Numbered from the stretch's first letter, positions 36,059 through 46,394 are shown. The stretch: 63,300 bases of DNA from an uncultured Candidatus Saccharibacteria bacterium (GCA_964292495.1 CAXYVX010000001.1:1-63300), one strand, 5' to 3'. Translations and numbers: made by a program. The notes: a model not told the origin generated them from the sequence alone.

Positions 36059-38230
36059 ATGGGCGAAATTGTAAAGCAAACAGGTAAAGAAATTATCGAA
36101 GTTTCATGCCAATGGATGGGTCGTGAGCTGAAAATGACGGTCAATAAAGTTGGTTTTAGGACCAAAGGAAGTGTTTTGGTTAAATACGGCGACACAGTTA
36201 TTCTTGGAAGTGCGAGCGCTGGGAGCGTCAACCCAAATCTGGATTATTTCCCACTTTCAATAGATTACGAAGAAAAATTCTACGCGAGTGGTAAGATCTC
36301 ATCAAGCAGATTCATCAAGCGTGAAGGCCGTCCAAGCGACGAAGCGATTTTGATCGGGCGCTTGATTGATCGCCCGATTCGCCCGCTTTTCCCGAAAGGT
36401 TATCGCAATGAAACTCAGGTTGTCGCGACAGTTCTTTCAATGGATCCAAGTTTCCGCCCGGACGCAGTTGCGATGATTGCGGCGAGCACGGCTTTGATGC
36501 TGACAGGAGTTCCTTTTGACGGACCGGTTGCTGGTTTGCGTGTCAGCCTTGACGATGAAGGCGAATTTTCCGCGTTCACAACTCGCGAAAACCTCGCGAA
36601 TTCGGGCATGGATTTGTTTGTGGCTGGTCGAACTTTGCCAAACGGCGAAAACGGCGTGATGATGGTTGAAGCTGGAATGAACGAAGTTCCAGAAGAAAAA
36701 GTTGCAGACGCGATTGAATGGGCGCTGGCTGAAATTGCTCCTGCGCTTGAGCTTCAAAAAGAATTGATTGAAAAAGTTGGTGTTGAAGCTCAAAAATACG
36801 AGCTGGTTTTGCCGAACGAAGAGAATTTTGCGAAAGTTGAAGAATATCTTGCTCGGGTTTGGACGGACGATTTGCGCGTGGCTTATCCAGAGCGAAATCC
36901 AAAAGTTCAGGAAATTCGTGATAACATGTTCGCGAAATTTGAAGAAGAATTTGGTGCTGAAAAGTTTGCGGAGATCAAAGGCGATTTATATGCAGCTTTT
37001 GACAAATACAATTTCGCGAAAACTCGTGGCGGAATTATCTCTGATGGCGTGCGCCCGGATGGACGAAAACTGACGGAAATTCGCCCGCTCAGCGCCGAAG
37101 TTGATGTCTTGCCGCAGGAAGTTCACGGATCAAGCTTGTTCACGCGCGGTTTAACTCAGGCTTTGAATACGGTAACATTGGCCAGCTTGTCGTTTGCTCA
37201 GCTTGTTGACACAATGGAAGTGAATGACGGCACTCGCCGCTACATGCACCACTACAACGCTCCTGGCTATACAGTTGGCGAAATTAAGCGAATGGGCGCG
37301 CCGGGACGTCGCGAAATCGGCCACGGTTATCTCGCGGAACGTGCGCTTTTGCCGGTTCTCCCGAGCGAAGAAGATTTCCCGTACGCAATTCGTTCCGTAA
37401 CTGAAATCATGTCTCAAAACGGATCCACCTCAATGGCCGCGACTTGCTCCTCATGCATGGCGTTGATGGCCGCTGGCGTTCCTTTGCGAAAACCGGTTTC
37501 CGGCGTCGCGATGGGATTGATGGTTGCGCAAGATGCCGCACATAATTACGACCTTGACAAAAACGAATATTACGTTTTGACAGATCTCGCGGACCAGGAA
37601 GATTTTGCTGGGGATATGGACTTTAAATGCACGGGAACTGACAGTGGAATTACTGCTTTGCAGATGGATATGAAAGTTCATGGATTGCCGGCGAGCATTC
37701 TTCGCGAAGCGCTGGAACATGCGAAAGTTGGTCGCGCTGAAATCCTGAAAGTCATGCTTGAAGCGATCCCTGAACCGCGAAAAGAACTTTCGCCGTTCGC
37801 GCCGAAAGTCGAGAGTTTGCAAATTAAAGTTGACCAGATTGGAACAGTAATTGGTAAGGGTGGAGAAACCATTCAGAAAATCACCGGCGAAACTGGCGTT
37901 CAGATTGACATTGCGGAAACAGGACTGATCACTTTCGCGACCAATGATGCTGAGATGATGAAAAAATCTGTTGATTGGGTGAAATCTCTGGTTGAAGAGC
38001 CGGAAGTTGGCAAAATTTATCGCGGAAAAGTTGTTGGGATCAAAGATTTTGGCGCATTTGTTAACATTTTGCCGGGAACCGACGGAATGCTTCACATCAG
38101 CCAAATCGCGGACCACAGAATTGACAAAGTCACCGATGTTCTTAGCATGGGGCAAGAAGTGAATGTTAAGCTTGCGTCGATCGACGACAGAGGAAAATTG
38201 TCGTTAACAATGCAAGACGTTGAACAATAA
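36059..38230 (+). CDS. pnp: polyribonucleotide nucleotidyltransferase (PNPase)
   Basis: Two RNase PH domains, KH (GKGGETIQKI) and S1 (GKVVGIKDFGAFV). Confidence 0.97.
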   Translation: MGEIVKQTGKEIIEVSCQWMGRELKMTVNKVGFRTKGSVLVKYGDTVILGSASAGSVNPNLDYFPLSIDYEEKFYASGKISSSRFIKREGRPSDEAILIGRLIDRPIRPLFPKGYRNETQVVATVLSMDPSFRPDAVAMIAASTALMLTGVPFDGPVAGLRVSLDDEGEFSAFTTRENLANSGMDLFVAGRTLPNGENGVMMVEAGMNEVPEEKVADAIEWALAEIAPALELQKELIEKVGVEAQKYELVLPNEENFAKVEEYLARVWTDDLRVAYPERNPKVQEIRDNMFAKFEEEFGAEKFAEIKGDLYAAFDKYNFAKTRGGIISDGVRPDGRKLTEIRPLSAEVDVLPQEVHGSSLFTRGLTQALNTVTLASLSFAQLVDTMEVNDGTRRYMHHYNAPGYTVGEIKRMGAPGRREIGHGYLAERALLPVLPSEEDFPYAIRSVTEIMSQNGSTSMAATCSSCMALMAAGVPLRKPVSGVAMGLMVAQDAAHNYDLDKNEYYVLTDLADQEDFAGDMDFKCTGTDSGITALQMDMKVHGLPASILREALEHAKVGRAEILKVMLEAIPEPRKELSPFAPKVESLQIKVDQIGTVIGKGGETIQKITGETGVQIDIAETGLITFATNDAEMMKKSVDWVKSLVEEPEVGKIYRGKVVGIKDFGAFVNILPGTDGMLHISQIADHRIDKVTDVLSMGQEVNVKLASIDDRGKLSLTMQDVEQ

Positions 38231-38244
38231 ATTCGCGAAAATAA

Positions 38245-38278
38245 AAACCCTTCGCCATCGGAGGGTTTTATTTTTTTG
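38245..38278 (+). terminator. rho-independent terminator of pnp
   Basis: Stem AAACCCTTCG/CGGAGGGTTT, 4-nt loop, T-run. Confidence 0.8.
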
Positions 38279-38296
38279 TTAAATTCAAGCGAGTAT

Positions 38297-38328
38297 AAAA
38301 AAACGGATGGTCAAACTCATCCGTTTTT
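38297..38328. terminator. bidirectional hairpin terminator (serves the minus-strand DsbA-like gene)
   Basis: A-run, stem CGGATG/CATCCG, then T-run. Confidence 0.7.
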
Positions 38329-38344
38329 AGTTTCACTTTCGTGA

Positions 38345-39166
38345 TTAGTTCACGCTTTTCAGTGCTTCGTCAATGGCGCTTCGCATGTCGCTGTCATTGC
38401 TGCCGCTAACCGTTTTGGTTCCGTTCGGGCCGCTGATAATCCAGGTTGGAGTTGCGTTGATGTTTGCCGCAAGACCGAGATTTTTGTCGCGATTGAGTTT
38501 GTCCTGAATTCCGTTCGTAGCGAAATTCGCAACCAAATCGTCAAATTTATCTTTGTTTAATCCCAGATCTTTGACGTATCCATCAATAGCTTTTTGGCAA
38601 GTATCTTTCGCGCTTCCTTCTACGCATTTCTGCCCCTGGAAGATTTTTTGCACCATATCCCAGAAAATATTCATGTTGTTTCCGCTCTCAACATATGCTG
38701 CCTGAGCGCTCGCCTGCGACAAAATGCTTGTCGGCTGACCGATGGAGAAGTTGCGATAAACAAACGCAACCGACTTATTTTCATAGTCTTTATAAATTTT
38801 TTCCGCGCTAGGTTCAAATGCTGTACATGCCGAGCAAGCGAAGTCTTCGTACTGTTCAACGATCACTTTCGCGTCTTTTTTGCCGGTCCACTGATCGGCA
38901 ATGATGTTTGCGCTCGGCTTCCAATCCGACTTTTCAGATCCGCCGTTCACGAATTTATTTTGCGCGGTTTTAATTTCGTCGACATTCAGAATTTTATTTC
39001 CGTCGCCCAAGTATTTCGTGTAATCACCGTTTGACGGGTCTTTGCTGCCGCCAAAAACGCGCACAGCAATCACGCCAATAACCGCCGCCGCAATCAGAGC
39101 GCCCAATACAATCCACATCAGATTTGCCACACCGTTTTCCTCGCGAATTTTGTTCAAAATTTTCAC
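38345..39166 (-). CDS. membrane-anchored DsbA/BdbD-family thiol:disulfide oxidoreductase
   Basis: N-terminal TM and thioredoxin-fold CxxC (FACSACTAF). AAGGAGGA RBS. Confidence 0.8.
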   Translation of the reverse strand: MKILNKIREENGVANLMWIVLGALIAAAVIGVIAVRVFGGSKDPSNGDYTKYLGDGNKILNVDEIKTAQNKFVNGGSEKSDWKPSANIIADQWTGKKDAKVIVEQYEDFACSACTAFEPSAEKIYKDYENKSVAFVYRNFSIGQPTSILSQASAQAAYVESGNNMNIFWDMVQKIFQGQKCVEGSAKDTCQKAIDGYVKDLGLNKDKFDDLVANFATNGIQDKLNRDKNLGLAANINATPTWIISGPNGTKTVSGSNDSDMRSAIDEALKSVN

Positions 39167-39244
39167 CTAATCCTCCTTATGTTTAGCCTACATTATACCA
39201 AATGCACGCGCCAAATCAACTTTCTCGCTGAAAGAAGATAAATC

Positions 39245-39253
39245 TGATATATT
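39245..39253 (+). promoter_or_regulatory. extended -10 TGaTATATT 6 nt before the ATG (leaderless)
   Basis: TGATATATT at 39245-53, then ATAAAC, then ATG at 39260. Confidence 0.5.
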
Positions 39254-39259
39254 ATAAAC

Positions 39260-40132
39260 ATGAACATTTTTATTTTAGTCGTTATTTTTGTGTTTTTATC
39301 CGCGTTTCTCTCTGTTAAATGGAAATATGAATTGTCGGCTTTTGAGGTTTCGCGACGCGCCCAAAAAGATAAAAAATACGCCAGAATTGAGAAATTTCGC
39401 GAAATTTATCCAGGTTTTCTCGTGTTTTCGCGAATAATTTCTTTGCTTCTCGCGGCTCTGTTTTCCGGACTTTTGTTCGCTGATTTCGGCTTCCTTGAAA
39501 GCTGGGTTTTGGCGTTCGTTTTTCTGATCATTTCCTGGATTATTTCGCGTTTGCTTGAAGATTTTTCGTCAAAACTTATCTCAAAAAACATTGATTTTTT
39601 ACTGAAATATTTTGCGTGGACAGGGATTTTTTCGCGAATTTCCAGGCTTGAAGGCGAGATTAAAATCAGTTCCAAAAATGAGTTGCTTCACGTGATTTCG
39701 CAGGCCGAATTTTTAAGCGAAAGCGACAAATTATTTTTCGCGAAAGCGACCGATTTTCGCGAAAAAAAGGTTTCTGACGTGATTGTTCCGAGAAATAAAA
39801 TTGCGTTTGTCCATGCAAAAGACGAACTTACACCTCTGTTTATTGACGAACTTTTTGAAAGCGGACACAAAATTTTTCCGGTTGTAAACAAGGATCTTGA
39901 CCACGTTGTCGGTTTGCTTGATCTGGATGATTTTCGCGAAATTTCTGGAAAACAGGAAATTTTATCTGAAAAAATGCGAAAAATTTCACATCCAATTTCC
40001 GCAGATGAAAGCTTGGCCGACGCTCTGAGGTTTTTCGCGAAAAACAATGTCTTTTTGGCACTGGTTTCGCAAAATGAAAAAATCGTCGGCATGATCACTT
40101 TGGAAGATGTTCTTCGTGAAATCGCGGAATAA
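39260..40132 (+). CDS. CNNM/DUF21-like membrane protein with a CBS pair (TlyC/CorC-type, no CorC_HlyC tail)
   Basis: 3-4 N-terminal TMs, then VSDVIVPRNKIAFV...GHKIFPVV...VVGLLDLDD and IVGMITLEDVLREI. Confidence 0.65.
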   Translation: MNIFILVVIFVFLSAFLSVKWKYELSAFEVSRRAQKDKKYARIEKFREIYPGFLVFSRIISLLLAALFSGLLFADFGFLESWVLAFVFLIISWIISRLLEDFSSKLISKNIDFLLKYFAWTGIFSRISRLEGEIKISSKNELLHVISQAEFLSESDKLFFAKATDFREKKVSDVIVPRNKIAFVHAKDELTPLFIDELFESGHKIFPVVNKDLDHVVGLLDLDDFREISGKQEILSEKMRKISHPISADESLADALRFFAKNNVFLALVSQNEKIVGMITLEDVLREIAE

Positions 40133-40278
40133 TTTTGAAAAAACCTTTTACTAGCCAAAATCCACCGCCTATTAAAAACGAAGATCGATGATTTCGTGAA
40201 AATGTGATAAAATACGGGTATAATTTAAGTTAAATTTTTCGCTGTCGCAGTCTACGATTTCGCGAAAGAAAGGAAAAA

Positions 40279-42135
40279 ATGGAACGAACTATTAGTTTGG
40301 AAACTCGCGAAAAAATCGGCGAACAAGTTAATTTGAAGGGGTGGGTGAATACGCGCCGAGACCACGGCGGTGTGATTTTTGTGGATTTGCGCGATCATAA
40401 GGGCATTGCGCAGATCGTTTTTAATCCGGAAAACGCGGAAATGTTCGCGCTTGCGGAGAGTCTGCGCGATGAATTTTGTATCTCCATTTTTGGAAAAATT
40501 CGCGAACGTGGAGCTGGGCTGGAAAACCCAAACATTCCGACTGGAAATGTTGAAATTGTCGCTGAGAAATTGGAAATTTTGAATAAAAGCGCCGTTTTGC
40601 CGGTGGCGACGCGTGATGAAGGCCAACAGAGTTCGGAAGAATCGCGCCTGAAATATCGTTTTCTTGATTTGCGCCGTCCGTCGATGCAAAATTTGCTGAA
40701 AACGCGCGCGAAATATCTTTCGTTTATTCGAAACTGGATGGAAAACGCAGATTTTACAGAGGTGATTACGCCGATTCTCGCGAATTCCAGCCCAGAAGGT
40801 GCACGAGATTTTTTGATCCCGAGTCGGCTCAGACAGGGGCAATTTTACGCATTGCCACAAGCGCCGCAGCAGTTTAAGCAGCTGCTCATGGTTGCGGGCG
40901 TGCCAAAATATTACCAGCTCGCGCCGTGTTTTCGCGATGAAGATCCGCGCGCCGATCGCTTGTACGGCGAGTTTTACCAGCTGGATCTGGAAGAGAGCTT
41001 TGTTGAAAACGGAGAAGTGATCCGCGATGAAATGGAACCGATGATTGCTGATTTGACAGAGAATTTTGGTGGTAAAACGCTCGTGAACCGCAACGAAAAT
41101 TTTGCGAAAAATCTTCCAGAAAACGTAGTTTTTTCTGAAAATAACGATTTGAAAATTCCGCGAATTCCGTATGAAATTTCCATGAATACTTATGGAACAG
41201 ATAAGCCGGATTTGCGATACGACATGAAATTGACGGAATTGACGGATGTTTTCGCGAAAACGAATTTCAAAGTATTTCAGGCGGAAAACATCAAAGCGAT
41301 AAATGTGCGTGGCGGAGCGGTTTTGGCTCGTCGCGAAATTGACGGATTCACTGAAATTGCGAAAGGCGAAGGCGCGGGCGGACTTGCGTATTTGACTTTC
41401 CGCGAAAACGACGAAAATGCTGAAAAACACGGCGAATTTTTCATTCAATCCCCGATCGCGAAGTTCATGAGCGAAGAAGAAATTCAAGAAACCGCAAAAA
41501 GAACTGGCGCGTCCGCTGGCGACATTATTTTCTTTGGCGCTGACAGCCGGGAAATAGTAAACAAAGTTCTTGGAAAATTGCGTGTGGAATTCGCGAAAAA
41601 ATTCAACCTCACGAAGAGCGATGAAGTTGCGCTTTGCTGGGTGATTGATTTTCCTTTTTATGAATGGGATGAAAATAATCAGAAAGTTGACTTCGGCCAT
41701 AATCCGTTTTCAATGCCAAAAGGCGGACTTGATTTGATCTGCGCCGCAGAAACCGACGAGCAAAAACTCGCGCTCGTTGCCGACCAATATGACATGGTGA
41801 TGAACGGATATGAAATTTGCTCTGGTGCCGTGCGAAACCACAACCCAGAAATCATGTACGAAGTTTTCGGAAATCTCGGCTATTCTCGTGAATATGTTGA
41901 GCAGAAATTTGGCGCAATGTTGCAGGCTTTCAAATTCGGCGCGCCGCCGCACGCGGGATGTGCGTTTGGAATTGACCGGATTTTCATGGTTCTTAACGGC
42001 ACTGAAAACATTCGCGATATTGTTGCGTTTCCGAAAAATGGCCAAGGTGTTGATCTGATGATGCAAGCGCCGAATTTTGTCGACGAGGCCCAATTGCGCG
42101 AACTTCATGTGAAAATTCGCGAAAGCCACAAATAA
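40279..42135 (+). CDS. aspS: aspartyl-tRNA synthetase (bacterial type)
   Basis: OB fold GWV.TRRDHGGVIFVDLRD, motif 2 FYALPQAPQQFKQLLM..YYQLAPCFRDED, and motif 3 GCAFGIDR. Confidence 0.97.
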   Translation: MERTISLETREKIGEQVNLKGWVNTRRDHGGVIFVDLRDHKGIAQIVFNPENAEMFALAESLRDEFCISIFGKIRERGAGLENPNIPTGNVEIVAEKLEILNKSAVLPVATRDEGQQSSEESRLKYRFLDLRRPSMQNLLKTRAKYLSFIRNWMENADFTEVITPILANSSPEGARDFLIPSRLRQGQFYALPQAPQQFKQLLMVAGVPKYYQLAPCFRDEDPRADRLYGEFYQLDLEESFVENGEVIRDEMEPMIADLTENFGGKTLVNRNENFAKNLPENVVFSENNDLKIPRIPYEISMNTYGTDKPDLRYDMKLTELTDVFAKTNFKVFQAENIKAINVRGGAVLARREIDGFTEIAKGEGAGGLAYLTFRENDENAEKHGEFFIQSPIAKFMSEEEIQETAKRTGASAGDIIFFGADSREIVNKVLGKLRVEFAKKFNLTKSDEVALCWVIDFPFYEWDENNQKVDFGHNPFSMPKGGLDLICAAETDEQKLALVADQYDMVMNGYEICSGAVRNHNPEIMYEVFGNLGYSREYVEQKFGAMLQAFKFGAPPHAGCAFGIDRIFMVLNGTENIRDIVAFPKNGQGVDLMMQAPNFVDEAQLRELHVKIRESHK

Positions 42136-42157
42136 TCAATTTCAATCAAAAGAGAAT

Positions 42158-43054
42158 TCAGGCTTGATTGCTTGGATTTTCGTCTTCAAAAATAATATTT
42201 TTCACGCCCTTAACCATTTTTCCGCTGAGAAATTTGCGCGGCGCTTTTGGAAGCATATGTAAACCTTCCGCGAAGCCAGCGAAAACTTGGTTAAGAAAAA
42301 GTTCTTTATCTGTTGTTTTGCGCAGTTTTCCATTTTTATCCAGCAAAATTATTGGTTTGTGGTAAAGAATCTGTTCATTTTGTTTATCTGTTTTGATAAG
42401 GATTTTTTTGGATCCAGGAATTTCTGTCATGATTCTGTGAACAGGATCGCCGGCGGCAGAAATATTAGTGATTTTTGCAAAAAATTCGCCGGGATATTTC
42501 GCGAATTCTTTCTCGTATTTCGCGAAAAATTCCTTGCTAAAACCTTGTCCGTCAAATGAAACTGCACGCGAAATTTTGCCGGAAAATAGCGCTAAGTACA
42601 TCGCGATATTTCCGCCTTTGCTGTGGCCAGAAACAGTAATTTTTTTGTAAGGAAGGTTTTTGAGATGTTTCAGAGCGACTTTTTGCATGGGTGAATCCGA
42701 AACATAAGTTGAAATTGCGTTGTCGTCCCAATCGCTGGATTCCGCGCTTCCGCGAAAAATAAGGTTGACGTCATTCGCGAAAAATCGCCTGTTTTTTGCA
42801 ACGAAGCAGAACAAACCTTTGTGTTGAAAACGGTTTGAAATTCTATACTTTAAGAGTTTTTCGTCGGATAAAATTGCCTCTAAAACCAGTTCCCATTCTT
42901 TGACGTTTGTGCGCATTGGATTCCGCGGAGTTTTTTCTTTGAGGATATATTTTTCGCGAATTCCCTCAGTTAATTCGCGAATATTTCGCGCTGGAATCTC
43001 GGCGGCAGCGTAAGACAAAATGCTTAATAAAAGTAGTTGTTCGTGGTTTAACAT
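42158..43054 (-). CDS. Mbeg1-like/DUF2974 alpha/beta hydrolase (lipase-type GHSxG)
   Basis: VSGHSKGGNIAMYLA nucleophile elbow. ATG 43054 (MLNHEQ) is preferred over track start 43129, which overlaps the next gene. Confidence 0.6.
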   Translation of the reverse strand: MLNHEQLLLLSILSYAAAEIPARNIRELTEGIREKYILKEKTPRNPMRTNVKEWELVLEAILSDEKLLKYRISNRFQHKGLFCFVAKNRRFFANDVNLIFRGSAESSDWDDNAISTYVSDSPMQKVALKHLKNLPYKKITVSGHSKGGNIAMYLALFSGKISRAVSFDGQGFSKEFFAKYEKEFAKYPGEFFAKITNISAAGDPVHRIMTEIPGSKKILIKTDKQNEQILYHKPIILLDKNGKLRKTTDKELFLNQVFAGFAEGLHMLPKAPRKFLSGKMVKGVKNIIFEDENPSNQA

Positions 43055-43085
43055 GTTTATATTATCTGCAAATTTTGCCCGAAAA

Positions 43086-43808
43086 TCAAGGCGACGGCAA
43101 CGGCTCGTTTGGGCAATTCGCGAGAACACCGCGCATCGCAGCTGCTTCGGGCTCCGTCAACCAGAGGGAATATTTGGTTTTAACCGCAATTTGACGAGCC
43201 ACATATTCGCAGCGAAAACTTTTGTTTGGCGGCAACCAAGTGGCTGCATCTCCGTCAGATTTTTTGTTGTTTGCCGGACCGTCAACCGCCAAAAGTTCAA
43301 GTGGATCGTTGTAAAGTTGCTTGCGCTGATCGGACGAGAGATTTTGCGCGCCGGTTTGCCAAGCGTTTGAAATCGCGACGACGTGGTCGATTTGAACCAA
43401 ACTTGAAGTTTTCGCGCCTCTTTCAAAACTAATTGTTTTTCCAGTATACGGATCGTCCAGCGTTCCCGATTTTACCGTGCAATTGTCGTCGCTTAAAACC
43501 GTGTTTTTTAGATCTCGCGCCAAGATTTTTTCGCGTTCATTACATGTTTTTCCGTAAGATTTCCAATCTCCGCCAAATTGTTCGCGAGAATAGCCGGTTT
43601 TTGGCGCGCGGCCTTTAATTTGCAACTTTTCCAGCGCCTCAATAGCTAGGGTTTGGTTTGTTTCAGGTGGTCGTTGAGAAGGAGCTGTTTGTGGAAAATT
43701 TGCTGGATTTTGGCCGGAATTCCAAATGTAAAACGTGGTCAAAATTAGAACAATTCCGAAAATTACTGTGGTGGCCACGCGACGAAAGCGATAAACATCT
43801 CTTTTCAT
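43086..43808 (-). CDS. membrane-anchored/secreted DUF1524 (GmrSD-C / HNH-like) nuclease
   Basis: N-terminal TM. NCTVKSGTLDDPYTGKTISF, QIDHVVAISNAWQTGA, and AVDGPANNKKSDGDAATWLPPN. Confidence 0.75.
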   Translation of the reverse strand: MKRDVYRFRRVATTVIFGIVLILTTFYIWNSGQNPANFPQTAPSQRPPETNQTLAIEALEKLQIKGRAPKTGYSREQFGGDWKSYGKTCNEREKILARDLKNTVLSDDNCTVKSGTLDDPYTGKTISFERGAKTSSLVQIDHVVAISNAWQTGAQNLSSDQRKQLYNDPLELLAVDGPANNKKSDGDAATWLPPNKSFRCEYVARQIAVKTKYSLWLTEPEAAAMRGVLANCPNEPLPSP

Positions 43809-43838
43809 ACTTATATTTTACAAAACTTTGGCCGAGAA

Positions 43839-43847
43839 TGTTATAAT
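43839..43847 (+). promoter_or_regulatory. extended -10 TGtTATAAT 8 nt before ATG 43856
   Basis: TGTTATAAT, then TGTTTCAG, then ATG. Confidence 0.5.
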
Positions 43848-43855
43848 TGTTTCAG

Positions 43856-44392
43856 ATGAAGAAAATATTTTTAATTTTAGTTGGATTTGCCGTTGTGATT
43901 TTCGGGGGATTTTCTCAGGTTTTGGCAGATGACGCGCCGGTTCAGCTCGGGCAAAATGGTTTGCCAGACCAAGCAACCGTCAGCGGAAATTGCCGCTCGG
44001 CGCAGAGCTTGCTCGGGCGAATCGAGCGCGCGGATAGTGTGATCCGGGTTAATCGCGGATCGGATTATAACAACATCCTCAATCTGTTTTTTGCCATGAA
44101 TGCGCGTTTGGCGAGCCAGAAAATCAGTGCGCCAAAACTTGCAGATATCACAAATAATTTTCAAAACGAATTGGAAAATTTTCGCGATTTTTATAACAAA
44201 TATGATGACAGCTTGAGCGCGCCGATTTCCGTTGATTGCTCGAACGACCCAACCGGTTTTTATGGAAATTTACAAAAATCGCGAACTTTTGTGAATTCGC
44301 TGAATCAATCAACAACGAATCTCGACAATTTGGTTCAGGATTATAAAAACGAACTTATGAACATCACATCGCAGAACGGGGATAAAAAATGA
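43856..44392 (+). CDS. secreted hypothetical protein
   Basis: Signal peptide MKKIFLILVGFAVVIFGGFSQVLA/DD. The track starts at TTG 43847. Confidence 0.6.
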   Translation: MKKIFLILVGFAVVIFGGFSQVLADDAPVQLGQNGLPDQATVSGNCRSAQSLLGRIERADSVIRVNRGSDYNNILNLFFAMNARLASQKISAPKLADITNNFQNELENFRDFYNKYDDSLSAPISVDCSNDPTGFYGNLQKSRTFVNSLNQSTTNLDNLVQDYKNELMNITSQNGDKK

Positions 44393-44736
44393 GCCAGAAA
44401 AAATTCGCGAAATTAAAAAAAGATATTTACACGCACCAATTTGTGGTTTTTGTAGTTTTAGCTCTGGTCATCACCGGATTTATGACGTTTATCAGCCTTG
44501 AAATTTACGTTTCAAGCGGAGCGGTGAAGCTTGATTTGTCGCGCCCTGGGTATGAAAAGTTGCGAAATGACGTCCAACAATCTTCCTCAGATCAGACTTT
44601 TTCCGCGAGCGGCGATGTCAATTCTGAAACGATCAAAGACTTTAATTCGCGAGTAGATTCGTCGGTGAAAGATTTGAAAAATAGCGGAAAATTTGGCGGA
44701 TCCGACGCGCTCTCCGATACATCACTTGGACTTTAA
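44389..44736 (+). CDS. membrane-anchored hypothetical protein
   Basis: ATGA overlap with the upstream gene. One TM (FVVFVVLALVITGFMTFISL). Confidence 0.55.
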   Translation: MSQKKFAKLKKDIYTHQFVVFVVLALVITGFMTFISLEIYVSSGAVKLDLSRPGYEKLRNDVQQSSSDQTFSASGDVNSETIKDFNSRVDSSVKDLKNSGKFGGSDALSDTSLGL

Positions 44737-44743
44737 CTGAGAA

Positions 44744-44782
44744 TTAGCGCTCTTGACTCCCGAGTGCTAATTTTGGTATAAT
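44744..44782 (+). promoter_or_regulatory. CIRCE operator 1 + hrcA promoter
   Basis: TTAGCGCTC-N9-GAGTGCTAA (44744-44770). The spacer holds -35 TTGACT (44753-58). TGgTATAAT at 44774-82. ATG at 44792. Confidence 0.9.
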
Positions 44783-44791
44783 AATTATGTT

Positions 44792-45532
44792 ATGATGACT
44801 GAAAGACAAGCAAAAATTTTGGCCGCTGTGATTGAGCAATATGCCGAGTTAGCCAATCCGGTTGGCAGCGTGATTCTCGCGAAATTATTTAACATTTCGG
44901 CGGCGACGGTCCGGATGGAAATGGCGAGGCTTGAAGACATGGGATATTTGGAGCAACCGCACACGAGTTCTGGCAGAATTCCGACCGACAAAGGATACAG
45001 AGTTTATGTCAACTCAATTAGTGAAAATTACGACAAAATTCACGAAAAAAATCTTCGCGAAAACGAGAATTATCTTCCGGATTTTTCGCGAAAAACCAAA
45101 GCTTTATTTTCGCGAATTTCCACGCCCGACCGCGCGGATGTTGCGATTAAAAACGCTGTTGATTCACTGGTTGATCTTACGCGAGATTTTGGTTTCGCAA
45201 CAATCGGCGAGCAATTGTATTTGGCTGGGCTTGGCAATTTATTTTCTCAGCCAGAATTTTTGGGCGGAACGGAAGCTCGTGATGTTGCGCGTTTGATTGA
45301 CCAGCTAGAGCCGTGGCTCAGAGAAGCGGAACCAAATCAGCCACTAAATGTTTTTATCGGTGCGGAAAATCCGATTGGTAAAGAGACTGGCGTGAGCTTG
45401 ATAATTTCCAGGTTTCGCTCGCCGTTTTCGGATAAAAGTTATATTGGCGTTCTCGGATCAACGCGACAAAATTACGCAAAAGTTATGAGCCTTGTGGCTG
45501 AGACTGGAAGAATATTGGAAAGGAATTTATGA
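44792..45532 (+). CDS. hrcA: heat-inducible repressor HrcA (compact, 246 aa)
   Basis: wHTH RQAKILAAVIEQY.....PVGS..LA......SAATVR.EMA.LE..GYL.QPHTSSGRIPTDKGYR. C-terminal IGVLGSTRQNY. Confidence 0.9.
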   Translation: MMTERQAKILAAVIEQYAELANPVGSVILAKLFNISAATVRMEMARLEDMGYLEQPHTSSGRIPTDKGYRVYVNSISENYDKIHEKNLRENENYLPDFSRKTKALFSRISTPDRADVAIKNAVDSLVDLTRDFGFATIGEQLYLAGLGNLFSQPEFLGGTEARDVARLIDQLEPWLREAEPNQPLNVFIGAENPIGKETGVSLIISRFRSPFSDKSYIGVLGSTRQNYAKVMSLVAETGRILERNL

Positions 45533-46038
45533 GCAAAGACGATAAAAAAAACGGACAAAATGTTGACTTAAATCAAGCCGACGAGCAATTAAAAACCACA
45601 GAAAGCGACCAAGTAATTTTGGCTTTGACCGCAGATTTACAGAGGCAACGCGCTGATTTTGAAAACTATCGCAAACGCGTTGACGGCGATCTAAAATTCG
45701 CGAAAAAATCCGGAGAGAAAAATTTCGCGAAAAAAGTTTTGCCACTTTTGGATGTTTTTGACAGTATTTTTCGCGGTCTTGAAAATCAAAATCTTGACCA
45801 GAATTTTGCAAAAGGCGTTCAGCTTGCGAAGAAAAATTTTGATAAAACGCTGTCAGAAATGGATTTAGAAAAAATGAATTATGTAGTTGGTGATGAATTT
45901 GACCACGAGAAAATGTTCGCGATTTCTGCAGATGAAACCGAAGGCGAAACTGAGGTTATTTCTGAGATTTTGCAGCCTGGCTATATTTATGGCGGCGAAG
46001 TTTTGCGCCCGGCGATGGTGAAAATTACGCGGAAATAA
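45529..46038 (+). CDS. grpE: nucleotide exchange factor GrpE
   Basis: RQRADFENYRKR, and C-terminal beta domain ..LQPGY..GGEVLRPAMVKI. ATGA overlap with hrcA. Confidence 0.9.
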   Translation: MSKDDKKNGQNVDLNQADEQLKTTESDQVILALTADLQRQRADFENYRKRVDGDLKFAKKSGEKNFAKKVLPLLDVFDSIFRGLENQNLDQNFAKGVQLAKKNFDKTLSEMDLEKMNYVVGDEFDHEKMFAISADETEGETEVISEILQPGYIYGGEVLRPAMVKITRK

Positions 46039-46106
46039 TTCTTGTAAATTTCTATGTTTACGCTAGAATATAATGGTTGTAAAAAATAAAAAAGGAGATT
46101 TATGGC

Positions 46107-46355
46107 ATGGCAAAAAATAAAATCAAAAATGTGAAAAAGACCGATGAAAAGACTATAAAAAAGCCTCAATTTTTTCCGACAAAAAATTATGATTTCAGGA
46201 GTTCTGCGATTATTGCGACCCTAATTGCGGTTGCTTTTTTGGGAAGTACAATTTTTTTGTTTGCAAAAAATATGGAAAAGGATCAACAAGTTGAGCGACT
46301 GCAAAAAGAAATCTCTAGCCTGCATGATACCGTAAAAACCCAAGATCTTAAGTGA
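46107..46355 (+). CDS. small single-TM hypothetical protein inserted between grpE and dnaK
   Basis: GGAG RBS. TM AIIATLIAVAFLGSTIFLF, then a coiled-coil tail. Confidence 0.5.
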   Translation: MAKNKIKNVKKTDEKTIKKPQFFPTKNYDFRSSAIIATLIAVAFLGSTIFLFAKNMEKDQQVERLQKEISSLHDTVKTQDLK

Positions 46356-46394
46356 AAATTAGTAAAAAAACATTATGTAGATAATTTTACTACA

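Noticed and set aside
40133-40278. A T-box or other riboswitch upstream of aspS
   Set aside because: The leader downstream of the TGtGATAAAAT / TATAAT elements is only about 60 nt. It has no specifier or antiterminator architecture that I could fold.
40252-41700. A 482-aa ORF on the minus strand
   Set aside because: It lies exactly antisense to the unambiguous aspS gene. Its translation is low-complexity (F/R/I/K-rich) and contains no stop codons only by chance. Because the palindromic TTCGCGAA reads the same on both strands, antisense frames tend to stay open.
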